DNA of 61,151 nucleotides, the filler included, from Sphacelaria rigidula (lineage: Eukaryota): assembly GCA_964200075.2 (NCBI GenBank). It is 10 parts of 10 records of this genome, joined end to end, with 100 filler letters (N's around TTAATTAATTAA, not from the genome) between each part and the next. Parts side by side here need not be neighbours in the genome. Positions count along the whole stretch, not along the records: positions 18,377 to 24,401 come from CAXNAA020022721.1; positions 24,502 to 30,526 come from CAXNAA020022722.1; positions 30,627 to 36,651 come from CAXNAA020022723.1; 7 more parts are not named here. One strand, 5' to 3'. Positions 21,502-33,036 of the stretch are shown one piece after another (position 1 is the stretch's first letter; every line of letters begins with the position of its first letter). Made by a program: the position numbers and the translations under genes. The notes below the pieces were generated by a model that saw only the letters and a program-made list of their open reading frames with translations, made no database searches and was not told the origin of the DNA.

Positions 21502-23239
21502 CCCTTTTGGAATCTTCCCCTCTTTGTCCCCCGAGCCAAACGCCTCCTTATGAGAAGCCCTGACAAGGAGGAAAAGATGCAAGGGTAGGTCGAGTAGAGT
21601 ATACTCAATACTCAGTATTTTTGAAGAGTCATACTTTCAGTACTGGATGTTTGAGTACAGTATTTGACGTCGTACTCGAGCTACTCAAATATCCGAGCAG
21701 AGTATTTGAGATCATACTCAGTCTACTCGAAATTTGAGTATAGTATTGGGGTCATACTCATGTGATACTCTGTACTCAAGTATTACTGAGAGTGCTTACT
21801 CAATATTGGAGTAGAGTATTAGAGGCCGTACTCAACGTACTCGAAATTTGAGTAGATTATTTGAGACCATACTCAACCTACTCAATATTTGAGTAGAGTA
21901 TTTGAGGCAGTACTCAACGTACTCAAAATTCGAGTAGAGTATTTGAGGCCGTGCTCGACCTACTCAAAATTTGAGTAGAGTATCTGAGGCCGGGTCCGAT
22001 GTACCGAAAAGCTATAACTTCAACGTCTTACTCTGGGGACTGTTGCGATGTTTTCCCGTCTTGCGCTGTTTCCACCGCTGACTCTCCCATGGAGGAGTCA
22101 CATATGTGGCCAGTAGAGTCGCTCACTTTGATAATGACTTCTCGACTACTCGTCTATTCGATTACTCGATGATAATGAGTAGTGCTCTGTACCGAAAGTG
22201 ATACCGAAGGCGTTGCGAGGTATCGAGTATGAACTGCCATGGGTGGGGGCTGGTGAGATGGGGCGCTGGGGCAGGTAGGTTCGTTCACCTGCACTCTTTT
22301 TTATTTTTTTATACCATCATCCGCCCTTACTTCTTGTTGGATGGGATGTAACGCCGCCCATCTAAATGATGGCCATCGTTCGCCCATGCAGTCAACATAG
22401 TCTGTGAAGTGACGTCACGAAGTCGCCGACTGTCAGGGGTACTCACCATACCCAAGTTGTACTCCATACTCAAGTATTGCCGAGAGTGCTTACTCAATAT
22501 TTAAGCAGAGTATTGAAGGTCGTACTCGATCTACTCCAAATTTGAGTAGACTCAAAATTTGAGTAGAGTATTTGAGACCATACTCGACCTACTCAAAATT
22601 TGAGTAGAGTATTAGAGGTCTTACTCGACCTACTCAAAATTTGAGTAGAGTATTGAGGTCATGCTCAAGTGATACTCTATACTCGAGTATTACTGAGAGT
22701 GCTTACTCAATATTGAGTAGAGTTTTTGAGGTCGTACCCGACCTGCTCAATAGTTGAGTAGAGCATTTGAGGCCGTACTCGAACCACTCAAACGTCGAGT
22801 AGAGTAAATACTTGAGTATTTTGCTCAAGTACTCAAGAGTACATGCTATACTCGACCTACCCTTGCAAAGATGGAAACGGAAAAGGCCGACGGCAACCAT
22901 TTTTGTGACCGAAGAAGGAAAGTGTCCTCCCTGGAGAGGTCGGGTGAGGTTCGTCGAATCATACCACGCAACGGATAAAGTGTATCCAACTGTATCCATC
23001 GACAATTCTTAGCAAACACACTATGAAACATTCCATTAAAAAAACAGCAATGGGTTCCCGACTCTGGTACGCCACATCGGTAAATAGGGAGCCTTGTTTT
23101 GTTCCACCTGTCACTCGCACGGGTAAAATATACGCATTGGGCGAATATTGTTCCGTCTGAGATGTGAACCATTAATTATATCTTACTCAGAAGCCGTCAC
23201 TTGCTAATGATCAACTTTCCATTGTGAATTCCAAAAGGG
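21502..23239. mobile_element. piggyBac-like non-autonomous element hosting a nested element
   Basis: TTAA|CCCTTTTGGAAT ... ATTCCAAAAGGG|TTAA: perfect 12-bp TIR and TTAA TSD. Confidence 0.85.
21580..22865. mobile_element. P/hAT-like non-autonomous element with arrays of palindromic 41-bp subterminal repeats
   Basis: TIR CAAGGGTAGGTCGAGTA / TACTCGACCTACCCTTG; flanks AAAAGATG / CAAAGATG. Tandem units ~TACTCAAAATTTGAGTAGAGTATTTGAGGCCGTACTCGACC at ~21600-21990 and ~22465-22850. Same TIR family as 19627-19831. Confidence 0.85.
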
Positions 23240-23734
23240 TTAATTGTTTTTTTGTTTTTTGTTTTGTCTTGATTTTTTTTGTTTTAGTTTTTTTTATCCT
23301 GTATTTGTTTGTTTCAAAACATGATCTGGTTTTTCATTTTCACTTCGTTTTGTTTCGCTTTACTTTCCTTTGGGGATTCTAGCCAGCGACCTGTAGCCGT
23401 CCTCTCGAGCTGGCTGTTGCTGATGCTGTCGCTGTTGCTGTTGCTGTACCGTTGTAATATGCAACACGGGGGCGTCGCGGCAACGAAGGAATAGACTTAT
23501 GGCAAGAGAAGAAGGGTAAGTGAGACTTCTAAGATATCAATGCAGAGAGAGCAGGAGTGAGACAGGTGTACGTGATCTCTATGCATGAAAATATTTTGAA
23601 CATTTGTTTTTTTGTTGTTGTTGAACGTATAAACGATGGCATGTATTTGCATAGCCAGGTATCGATGACGTGTGATTTGAAGTGGAACTTTATGGAACAA
23701 ACGAACTCAAGTACCCGCCTCTCCCCCCTCCTAT

Positions 23735-23933
23735 ATAGACGGTGGCCACAGACGGCGAAACAGGACGGGGATAAGACTTGTGGAAGGCTTTTGTGTAATG
23801 TATGGAATAATCTTCATGAGCACCGGAATATTGGAGGTGTCTCTATTAAGAGTAGGAACGGTGCTCCGTCTCGAAAGGGGTACGTGGTCAATGATCAAAC
23901 GACTGGGGCAAGCAACAATGAGTACGCCCCCCC
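23735..23933 (+). mobile_element. LINE family B 3' fragment
   Basis: Homologous to the reverse of 6833-7045 (RWPQTAKQDGDK..). C-rich tracts on both sides. Confidence 0.85.
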
Positions 23934-23958
23934 TCTCCTCTGCCTCCGCCTCCCCTAT

Positions 23959-24060
23959 GAGCCTGGTCCGGCGAAAACCCGGCGTGCTCCGTCCCAGCTT
24001 TGTGGGGATGTGAGGCTAATGCTCTTATGACTACGGCATGCATGATCATGAGTACACCCC
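23959..24060 (+). mobile_element. Family A 3' fragment directly after the family B tail
   Basis: GAGCCTGGTCCGGCGAAAACCC..GCATGCATGATCATGAGTACACCCC; matches the reverse of 51121-51235. Confidence 0.8.
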
Positions 24061-24501
24061 GATCGTAGCATGACTCTTGGACATCAGGTAGTCTTGTATA
24101 CCGAGAGAGTGAAGCCTTCTCTTGAGCATGCTCTGAAATCACGAGCTTGACCTGCGGAGCTGTGAAGGAGCAGAATACAAAGCAGCCCAGGTATGAGTGA
24201 CACAAGACTCGTCGCAAGACCGAAGCGAGGTGTTGAGCAGCGACAAGAATTAAAACCGAACAATGATATCGTGCCCTCTGTAGACTCTAGCCACCATTGT
24301 TACCTAAGGTTAGAGACATCGTGTAGGTGGAGTTGCGGGTCTGATTGCCGGACTCTTTGATGGGTGACCTCCAAGAGGAGTAGGCTTGGTTTTACTACTC
24401 TNNNNNNNNNNNNNNNNNNNNNNNNNNNNNNNNNNNNNNNNNNNNTTAATTAATTAANNNNNNNNNNNNNNNNNNNNNNNNNNNNNNNNNNNNNNNNNNN
24501 N

Positions 24502-24550
24502 CCTCCCAAAACCATGCACTTTGGGGGGGGGGGCTATCGTAGAAAGTGTC
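24502..24550. mobile_element. MITE family D right end at contig start
   Basis: GGGGGGGCTATCGTAGAAAGTGTC TIR. Confidence 0.75.
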
Positions 24551-24756
24551 ATTTCGTTGGGTGCACCTAGCCAGAGTTGCTTAACACTTGAACCGCGGTG
24601 CCTGTAGTCTATCTGGACCACGTGTACTTTTTTCAAGTGAATATTGATGCCGATTCAGCAGGTGACCTAGTCTCGCGATCTAACGGTTAACTCCTGCTGC
24701 GGAGGTTTGGGAAGGAAGATACTATCGCTCTGTGTTACTCTTTCGTATTTTCCCTA

Positions 24757-24830
24757 CAATAGAGAAATGGGACTTCAACCTCATTTTTTGTTTCAACCCC
24801 ATAATTTAAAATCGGCTGTTATACCCTCTC
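24757..24830. repeat. Dispersed repeat end (family E), possibly Tc1/mariner-type
   Basis: Follows TA; ACTTCAACC..AACCCC..TAAAATCGGCTGTT is similar to the reverse of ~42715-42776. Confidence 0.4.
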
Positions 24831-25124
24831 TCTCCTCATTTTTGCTTTCAAACAGTCTGCGTCTCTCTCTTGACCCCCTCATTTCGGGCTACGGAAATGG
24901 GAGGGGGGCGTCTGCATCGTGGAGCATTGTTTCCTTCCTCCACCGATGTCTATCGAGAGATCCATGCAGCGGGGGATTGTGCGCGTTGCCGGTTCGCGTC
25001 CGCCCAATATCAGCTCGCCACCTATCGCAGTAGAAACAATTTCAAATACCGAGTCTCACCGAAAAGTGAGGCTCGAAGCAACACAGTGAAGATGGGGAAA
25101 TATCCAGAAGCGTATCAGTCACCA

Positions 25125-26486
25125 CACACGTAGGCAAATAGCACCCTGTAGGGCGAGCTGCACAGGGTTCTCCACAGTCTTGGTGAAAACCCCTGTGTAG
25201 CATTTGCAAACCCTAGTACCTGTAATAGCATTTTGCATGGCGTTTTTGTCGAAACCCTGCAAACAACCCTGTGGAGAGGCCTTCCCAATTTAGAAAATTC
25301 CAAATTATTTTGGTAAAAAGTCTGTAAATCTATTTTTTTGGAATAGCTTCTCCTGCTGTCCGAGATAAGTTCCTTTTTGCCCTATTTGAATAGGGCAAAA
25401 AGGAATTTATCTCGGACAGCAGGAGAAGCTATTCAATACAAATCCTTTTTTCGCCCAATTTATTTGGGCAAAAAAAGGATATATTTCGAACAGAAGGAGA
25501 AGCTGTTCGAAATAGATATTTGTTTTGCCCAATATAAATGGGCGAAAAAAAGATCTATTTCGAACAGCTTCTTCTGCTGCGCAAATTCCATGCACACTCG
25601 CAGATTTGGAATTTGAACAGCAGAAGAAGCTCGAAATAAATGCTCACTTTGCCCTCCCTTTCATCCGGAGATTGGGGGAGAAGAGATTTATTGCGAACAG
25701 CGTCAGCTGGGCATATCCCGCATACTGCACCGTCATCAGCACATGGGATCCGACAAGCAGAAAAAATTGTTGAAAGTAATTCGTCCTTTTGCCCCCCGAT
25801 CCATGCACATGGGCCAAAGGATGAATAAATCTCAACAGCTTTTGCTGAATGGAGATCCGACACACTGATTACGATCGAGTGTATGTCCACACGCCTACGA
25901 GTTTAGATACCAAGCTTTCGCTCAGGACATGGACACTGGGGTAGTGGTGTATACCTCGCATATGACTGCACATTGCTTTTGAAAATCCCGTGGTCCGCAG
26001 TCTACCAAAATCACTCAGCCGCGTATGCTTTTGTTTCGAGAGTTTTTCGTTTGATAGTTATTAGAAGCACAAAATACATACGCCGCACACAACAACTCAG
26101 GTGGCTCAATGGGTAACCTGACGTACTCCCGAGCATAACATCGTGAGTCCAATTCTCACCCCTGCAACTTCTCGACCGTGTTTCCTACAAGTGCCATGCC
26201 CATGCTGTGTAGAGTATATTTTGTGCGTGCTATAAAGGCTGCACGGCATATTAACAGCGATGAGTTCTACACGGAGTGGCGAAACCCTGTGAAGCGCCCT
26301 GTGTGGCACAAAATAATACGCTACACTCAAATCCCCGCGAGAAACCCTGCACAGTTTCCCTGAACCCTGTGAAGCGTCCTGTGGGGCGCAAAACAAAAGC
26401 CTACAAACAGATCCCCGCGAGAAACACTGCACAGTTTCCCTGAACCCTGTAGACGTGCCCCACAGGGTGCTATTTGTCCACGTGTG
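25125..26486. mobile_element. CACTA/CMC-like non-autonomous element (family F)
   Basis: TIR CACACGTAGGCAAATAGCACCCTGT / ACAGGGTGCTATTTGTCCACGTGTG; 2-bp TSD CA/CA; subterminal AACCCTG repeats. Other ends at 26630-26919 and 31242-31570. Confidence 0.8.
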
Positions 26487-26629
26487 CAACCCGTGCTCTT
26501 TGCTGCGGGGTTGTGGTCGTATAGCTGGGCGGAACAATAGCACCGTTGTGCGGGCGGGTGCTTTTGGTGATGTTTGATTTGTGTGCTGTGATAAATACAC
26601 GGAGTGATGGTCCAGATATATACTATTCA

Positions 26630-26919
26630 TATACGATTTATTAGAAGTGATATTTACAGATTTTGTACCAAAACATTTGGAATTTTCGAAAAAAAAACAC
26701 TTGAGGTTTTTTCACCAAAACACTACCACATGACTGTGCAGGGCTTTGCCGACGTGCCTACGCAGGGCTGCAAATCCAACCCGGGGGAAAACCCTATCAA
26801 AACGCTGCCACGGGTACAGATTTTGCATTTCACTGTCAGGGTTTTTTCACAAAGACTGTGGAGGACCCTTTACGGACCCTGCACAGTGCGCCTCACAGGG
26901 TGCTATCTGTCCACGTGTG
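26630..26919 (-). mobile_element. Solo left end of family F, inverted
   Basis: Reverse-complement similarity to 25125-25335, ending in TIR ..CAGGGTGCTATCTGTCCACGTGTG. Confidence 0.7.
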
Positions 26920-27847
26920 TACACGTGGAGTGATGGCGTGTTTGGAGTCTTTGTTCTATGAAATGCGACGGAATTATGTTAGACAATTACACCGCACCGG
27001 GCATATGACAACCCTGACACCCGTGGTCAAGAAAAGGCGTACTTAAAATGTCGCGAGATCAAGCTCATCAGCAGGCCCATGATGGGAGAGGACCTCCGAA
27101 TCGATTGTCACGTACAACAAGCTCAGGGATAACTACTAGTTGGAACAGCAGGAACCTGCCTCAAAAGCAAGACCGTCAACAAAATGTCTCGAGCCTTTGA
27201 CGATGGTGATAATCTTTATCACGAGTGAAAAAAAGGCAGTGACGGTGAATTTTGCTACTGGGCCTCCAGGGAAAAACAAAGTGCTTGAGATAGACCTAGG
27301 AAGAAAGCCCAATCCACACTGAGGCGAGAAAGACTGATTTCGCGCATTTTGGGGGCAGGAGTTCGAAAAACACGGGATCTTACAAATTGGGGATGGTGTT
27401 TTTGGGGAGGATGGGCAAGGTCAAAAGTTGGACCGAAAAGTGCCAAAACTACCTCTCGGAAATATTGTTCTGTCACTTGTCTGACAGTAACCGGAGGTTT
27501 CGGAGGGCGTTCAGTGGAGGTACGTACATAACTACTGCCAAAGTTTTATTGATCCGCACTACTACTACTATACTGCCATACTGTATGCACTTGTTGTACA
27601 GTGTATAAACATGACATCGTCCCGCGAATATCGCCCTGCTGCATTCACTGCGACAAGCAAATGCTCCAGGCAGGCATTTGTGAACACACCGCCGCCCCTA
27701 CTACCAACAGTGTCAACTACTTATTATTGGTGGCACCGCGTTCCAATAACACGAAGCTGAGATTCGTTGTAGTGACCACAGGTAGGCGAAAAAAAAGCCC
27801 TGGACCCCCACTCCATTTTCCTCAGTTTGATCCGGCCGAGGGATGGA

Positions 27848-28092
27848 GGGGGGGGGGGGAGGCGTACTCATTTGTTGCGTGCCTTAGTCGTTTGACCATT
27901 GACCACGCATCCCGTTCGAGACGGAACACCGTTCCTACTCCTAATAGCGACACCTCCAACATTCCGGCGCTCATTACGTTTCTTCCGCGGCTCATTACGT
28001 TTCTTCCGTGCATTACACAAAAACCTTTTACATATCTTATCTCCGTCCAGTTTCGCCGTCTGTGGCCACCATCTATCTTCTAGTATAGCCAA
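27848..28092 (-). mobile_element. LINE family B 3' fragment
   Basis: Encodes AILEDRWWPQTAKLDGDKICKRFL... G-runs on the + strand at both junctions (27848-27859 and 28096-28108). Confidence 0.85.
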
Positions 28093-28136
28093 CACTGGGG
28101 AGGGGAGGTGGTATTTCTCACTGTATACTAAACCGC

Positions 28137-28430
28137 GCCCCGGTGGTCTGATGGTCCGATTGTAGCCATCAGGGTGCAGAGAACGAGCGTTCAATCTCCG
28201 ATGTGTTGGCTTTTTTCTTCAAAGTATGTGATTTCCACCGTGGAAAGCGTGAGAACGTGAGTAAACAAAGTTGTCGACTGAGTTTGTTCGACGGGGGTTG
28301 ACGCGGTGGGGGAGTGCTGATCCAATTCGTGAGACCAAAATGCAAGGCGTGTGCCGGAGAGAGATGGGTTGATCCCTTGAGACCACGGACTCGTGTCGAG
28401 GAAGGGGAGGAGTTCAAAATGCGCGAAATA
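28137..28430 (+). mobile_element. tRNA-derived SINE family C
   Basis: Head CCCCGGTGGTCTGATGGTCCGA..GAGAACGAGCGTTCAATCTCC aligns with the 1140-1075 head; body homologous. Confidence 0.75.
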
Positions 28431-28708
28431 CAAGAGCTGAAAAATCAAAATCATACCAAAGGCCATAGAAATAGAGACACAACACTAATTCCTATACAAA
28501 AAACGAGAAAAAAAAAATTTTCTTGTGCCGGCCGAGGGTGTGTGCGTGTGTGGAGGGGGGGTGGTGTGGGTTCACATTTTTTAACTTCTTGCCCATCCTC
28601 GTAGTAACTCGCATTATTGTTGATATTCAGCGTGGTACTGTTGTTTCTAAGTCCGTAACCATCAACCATCCATCTATTCCTCCGTACTCCGTGCTGTGAG
28701 TGATGCTA

Positions 28709-28945
28709 CGGTAGGGGTACAGAAATAATTTCTGCGGTTAGAATTGTTAGGAGCCCCTTATCTCATCCAAAACACGACTTATTATGAAGATATACGAGAG
28801 TACGCAGGATTACTATTCCAATGTGCTGGGTATATCCCGAATAAATGTGGAAACGGGGATGCCCTGGCCCATATTCTTGTGCGTCTAGAATCGTTAGGAG
28901 CGCCTGAACCAGACAAAATTTCGCGAAAAAAGTGCACCCCTACCG
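28709..28945. mobile_element. Tc1/mariner-type MITE
   Basis: TA|CGGTAGGGGTACA ... TGCACCCCTACCG|TA. Internal part matches the reverse of ~38600-38795. Confidence 0.7.
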
Positions 28946-29159
28946 TAGCATTGCTCCTGTCATTTAATTTACTTCTTTCTGTACTCGTCGTTACCGCGCC
29001 ATTCTTTCTTGCGCGCGAGCATGCACACCCTTTCTCATATGATGACCATAGCACACACACGCACAGTTGTTTGATGTTCCCACTATTTCTCACCCCCGCA
29101 CCGACCCCAGGAACATGTTACGGACAACCGTAGCACCTTCCCACCCCATCCCTAGCTAA

Positions 29160-30140
29160 AAATCACTGTCCAGCTATAGACCACTGTGTCAGCTTCAGGT
29201 GCTGCTGTCCTCCTGGTCGTCTTCCTCCTCTTCCTCTTCCTCCTCTTCGTCCTCCCCGTCGTCATCTTCGTGCTTATCTTCTTCTGTTGATATGTCGCTG
29301 TAGTAACTGTCGCCACCGTCGTCGCTCCCCGATTCGGATAAGGCGCTGTTCTCGCCGCTGTCGCCGTCGCCCCGCGTTCGCCTGAGACGGCGCATTTTGC
29401 TGGTGGTGGCAGCCGCGGCGGCAGATTTATTGTGCTTCCTCCGAGCGGGTAAGGCATCGGATTCCGAAGAGTCCCGCGCCTCGTACTCAAACCCCGGACG
29501 ATCATCACACCGGGGAACACGTAAAATGGCGTCGTTTCTCGTTCGCCCGCCGCCTGTTTTCTGAAATCTTGGCGGTAGCAGCAGCCGTATATCCCACCTC
29601 GGCATTCGCCTTGGCGAACGGGCGCAATAGCTCTGCACGGGTGCTGGCCGGCGGAATTACAGACTGCATTATTTTCATATTCGCCTCGCGCGCGTTGTTC
29701 CAAAGGGCGTAATACAGAGGACACGTGCCGTTCAAGCGCAGCTACGATTCATCGCGTGGGCCCCACACTCCTGTGGCCAAGAACATCTTTTGGAGCTGCT
29801 CATTGTTCGCCACGTGGAGCAAACGGATGTACATGTCATCACTTCGTATTTACCTCACGATGGGATATCGCAAGCGTTGACGGCGTAGCTGCGGCCTTGT
29901 TGCGCGAACAGAGTTTGTTTATTTGTGATGATCGCCTGCGCATGGCAATCGGGTTGGTGGCGAGGATCGACACGGGGGTCGGTAGAGATCCTTTGTTATT
30001 AAAAGGTTTCCCTTCAGGACATTGGTACGGGCTTCCCGGGGGTGACGCAAGTCGAAAATATATGCTTAAGAGAGGCTGGTGCTCTGCGTTTTGGACTCTT
30101 CGGGTTTTGTTCGCCAGATCAAAACAAGAACGCCGCAATA
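29160..30140 (-). pseudogene. Degraded intronless ORF with acidic C-terminus, possibly a transposon accessory gene
   Basis: Segments DMYIRLLHVANNEQLQKMFLATGVWGPRDES*LRLNGTCPLYYALWNNAREAN.. and an Asp/Glu-rich tail, broken by an in-frame stop and frameshifts. Confidence 0.45.
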
Positions 30141-30889
30141 GTCATTTTTTCTATTTTCTGAAGCCGAGACAGACCTTTTGTTTTGAAGCCATTTTTGTGT
30201 AGCCTTCCCCTCCCCCGCCGTGGGGCCTATTTTTGTTTCTGTGGAGCCTCTTTTTTTTTCAAAACCCACGTCTACGAGACCAAACCCCCTACCCCTTGCC
30301 CTCTGCTTCGTTGACGTCTCTGTCTTGTTATTAGTTTGTTCTCCCCGACCGCCACCCGTCTAGGGTTGGTTGTGTCGGGGTAGGCTAACTCCGTCGACAA
30401 CACAACCAGTAAGTAAGGGAGGGTGAGTTGACCTACTGGCTTGTCTGCGTGTCGTGTCAGTGGTAAAACAACATACAGCCTAGGTAGTGGGCCATGTTGA
30501 CGGCGCCAACATCGAGGCTCAAAGCTNNNNNNNNNNNNNNNNNNNNNNNNNNNNNNNNNNNNNNNNNNNNTTAATTAATTAANNNNNNNNNNNNNNNNNN
30601 NNNNNNNNNNNNNNNNNNNNNNNNNNGCGGTTGGCATGGTGGTCACGAGTGCTGACGGTCCCGCCATGAGCCATTTGGATGGGACGGGTACATAGCACAA
30701 GCGCCGCACTCATGTATTGTTGCCAATTTAATGTTGACCGCCATAGGTCCCCCTGAGGGAGAGATCTGAGAGATGGGCGGTCCTTGTTGTATAGGAACAG
30801 AGTTGAAATACTGGCCTCGAGTTAGAAATAGATCTGGACCCAGGCCATCCCTTGCACAATTCACGCGATACAGATATCGGACAACATGA

Positions 30890-31150
30890 CCGCTTGGTGG
30901 TCTATGGTAGTGGTGAAACTCACGCCATCGAGTGGGGGAAAACGGTGTGATTGCCGGTAGAGGCATTTGATTTGTGTGTTTTTTGTCTCAACAGTGTATG
31001 ATTTCCCTTGTTGGAAACGTGAGAACGTGAGTAGCACAAAGAATCTTGCGAGTTGCTTGGACGCCAGTCAACGCGATGATCCAAAACGCGATGCCAAAAC
31101 GTACCGCGTGTACCGGGCGGGGATGGGTCGATCCCTTGGACCGGGGGAGG
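30890..31150 (+). mobile_element. SINE family C, diverged copy
   Basis: GGAAACGTGAGAACGTGAGTA..GGATGGGTCGATCCCTTG is homologous to 28240-28385. Confidence 0.6.
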
Positions 31151-31241
31151 GAAGGCGTGGGGGAGACAACCGAGTAGATCAAGGCGCGTCGAGGTGAGCG
31201 AGGGCGGATGTGGGTTAACTCCTCCAGCCAGCTGAACACTA

Positions 31242-31570
31242 CACACGTGGACAGATTGTACCCTGTGGGGCATGTCAACAGGGTTCTTTCAGGGAAACTG
31301 TGCAGTGTTTCTCGCGGTAATTTGGCGGTAGGGTGTTTTTTTGCGCCACACATGACACTTCACAGGGTTTCAGGGAAACGGTGCAGTGTTTCTAGGGGGA
31401 TTTGGCTATGGAGTATTTTTATTGCGCCTCACAGTACGCTTCACGTCTCGTCACCCCGTGTAGTGTTGATCGCTGTTAATGTGACGTACAGTATATTTAC
31501 GCATACACAATATGCTCCACCTTGCAGCGCGGGCACGCTACTGGCGGGGAAAAACGGTCAAAATATGAGA
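31242..31570. mobile_element. Family F terminus (CACTA-like)
   Basis: CACACGTGGACAGATTGTACCCTGTGGGGC.. is the reverse complement of ~26150-26486. Confidence 0.7.
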
Positions 31571-32211
31571 GGGGTGGGTGTCGAACTCCTGCTTCTACGG
31601 ACGAGAGGACGACTCCCTGAGCATTAAACCATACAACTATAGTGTTGTCAGAAAATACGCACCGATCGGTGTGGGACATGTTCCGCACATGTGACGGGGT
31701 GCATATACTTACCTCAGCCTCGGTGAATCTCCGGACCCGGTGCGCCCCGCGAAGTCCCGTCCTAGCGCCATGTTTGACTCCTGCGCGGTACAATTACCGA
31801 CGAAACGGGGTAGGAAATTCGTCGAGAAGTTTGATGCTGGAGTGGTACACGCGGACTGCGTGTGGTAGATATTGCATCAGCTTGTCGGACATCATGGTCG
31901 CAGACGGTTGACAAACTTTGCGCGTTAGAGGTATCCGCTCCTTCTTTGCCGACGTTTTCCTTAAAAAAACACGAAGCCCAAGGGGGTTTGTACAATTCTC
32001 AGGAACCAAAGCTACGCAACCGCAATGGAGGGGAAGGTTGGAGGGCAAAATAAGATGTGTTGGATTTACATATTTATATATACGTCTTATCCCTTCTGAT
32101 TCTTTCTCTCCCTTCGCGCGAGTCTGGGATCTCTCAAGCGATCAACACATCTTGCCCGGTACAGTACAGAAAATAAGATGCCATGCGAGCATCGTCGCAC
32201 CCCCATGCAAG

Positions 32212-32654
32212 AACACGGGATTTTACAAATTGGGGATGGTTTCTTTATTGGGGATGAGAAACCCGGAGGATTCGAATCTTCGTATCGACATCAAATCTTT
32301 GAGATATGGTTCCATTTCTTCACCTACTGATAGCCATTGACAACTGCTACACGCCGTAGGAATTTGGATTTAGATCGACGAAATGTTGGAGTCCTAGGTG
32401 AAGACCAATGTTGGGAAATTCCGGGTGTCCGAGCGGACGACAAAATGGTTCCGAAATTGTTTTTTCACCTAGAGCCCCAATATTTCGGCGATCGAAATCC
32501 AAATTTCCATGGTGTGTAGCAGTTGACAATAGCTATCAGTAGGTGAAGAAATGGGACCGTATTTCGAAGATTTGGTGTGGATACGAAGATTGTAATTCTC
32601 CGGGTTTCTCACCCCCAATAAAAGATCCATCCCCAATTTGTAAGATCGCGTGTT
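32212..32654. mobile_element. Foldback MITE with ~195-bp TIRs
   Basis: AACACGGGATTTTACAAATTGGGGATGG ... CCATCCCCAATTTGTAAGATCGCGTGTT, flanked by CAAG on both sides. The same terminus occurs alone at ~27369. Confidence 0.85.
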
Positions 32655-32969
32655 CAAGGCGAGTGCCATTGAACGCCACGATGTAGCAGTACATCAAAAA
32701 CTGGATATGACTGACAAGCAAGATCTCCGGTACGTATGAGGTCTACAGAGTACCCCACATGGTCCATATCGGAAGTAGATGCCGCGATGCCTATCGTACG
32801 AAACCCCGAAAGGGGGTATACATACCATGGGTGTCGCAGATTTTGTGAGAAGCACGGTTGAACAACCTCTTCTCAAGGTGTGTTCCAACACCTGATACTG
32901 AGCACATACGACGACACACAAGATATCATCACTACTGTAGTATATATGTAACGCAAGCTGGATCCCCAC

Positions 32970-33036
32970 CTCGTGCTCCAACCCCAGTGGTGGTCACGAC
33001 CAAGGTGGCCGCCAGCAGAGTGGCGTACGTCTTCAT
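32970..33036 (-). CDS. Putative first exon encoding a signal peptide (secreted protein, paralogue 1)
   Basis: MKTYATLLAATLVVTTTGVGAR followed by phase-1 donor G|GTGGGG. Homologous to the + strand exon at 34491. Confidence 0.45.

Noticed and set aside
21600..22860. CRISPR-like array of palindromic repeats
   Set aside because: Units are contiguous with no unique spacers, there are no cas genes, the context is eukaryotic, and the arrays are bounded by TIRs and a TSD.
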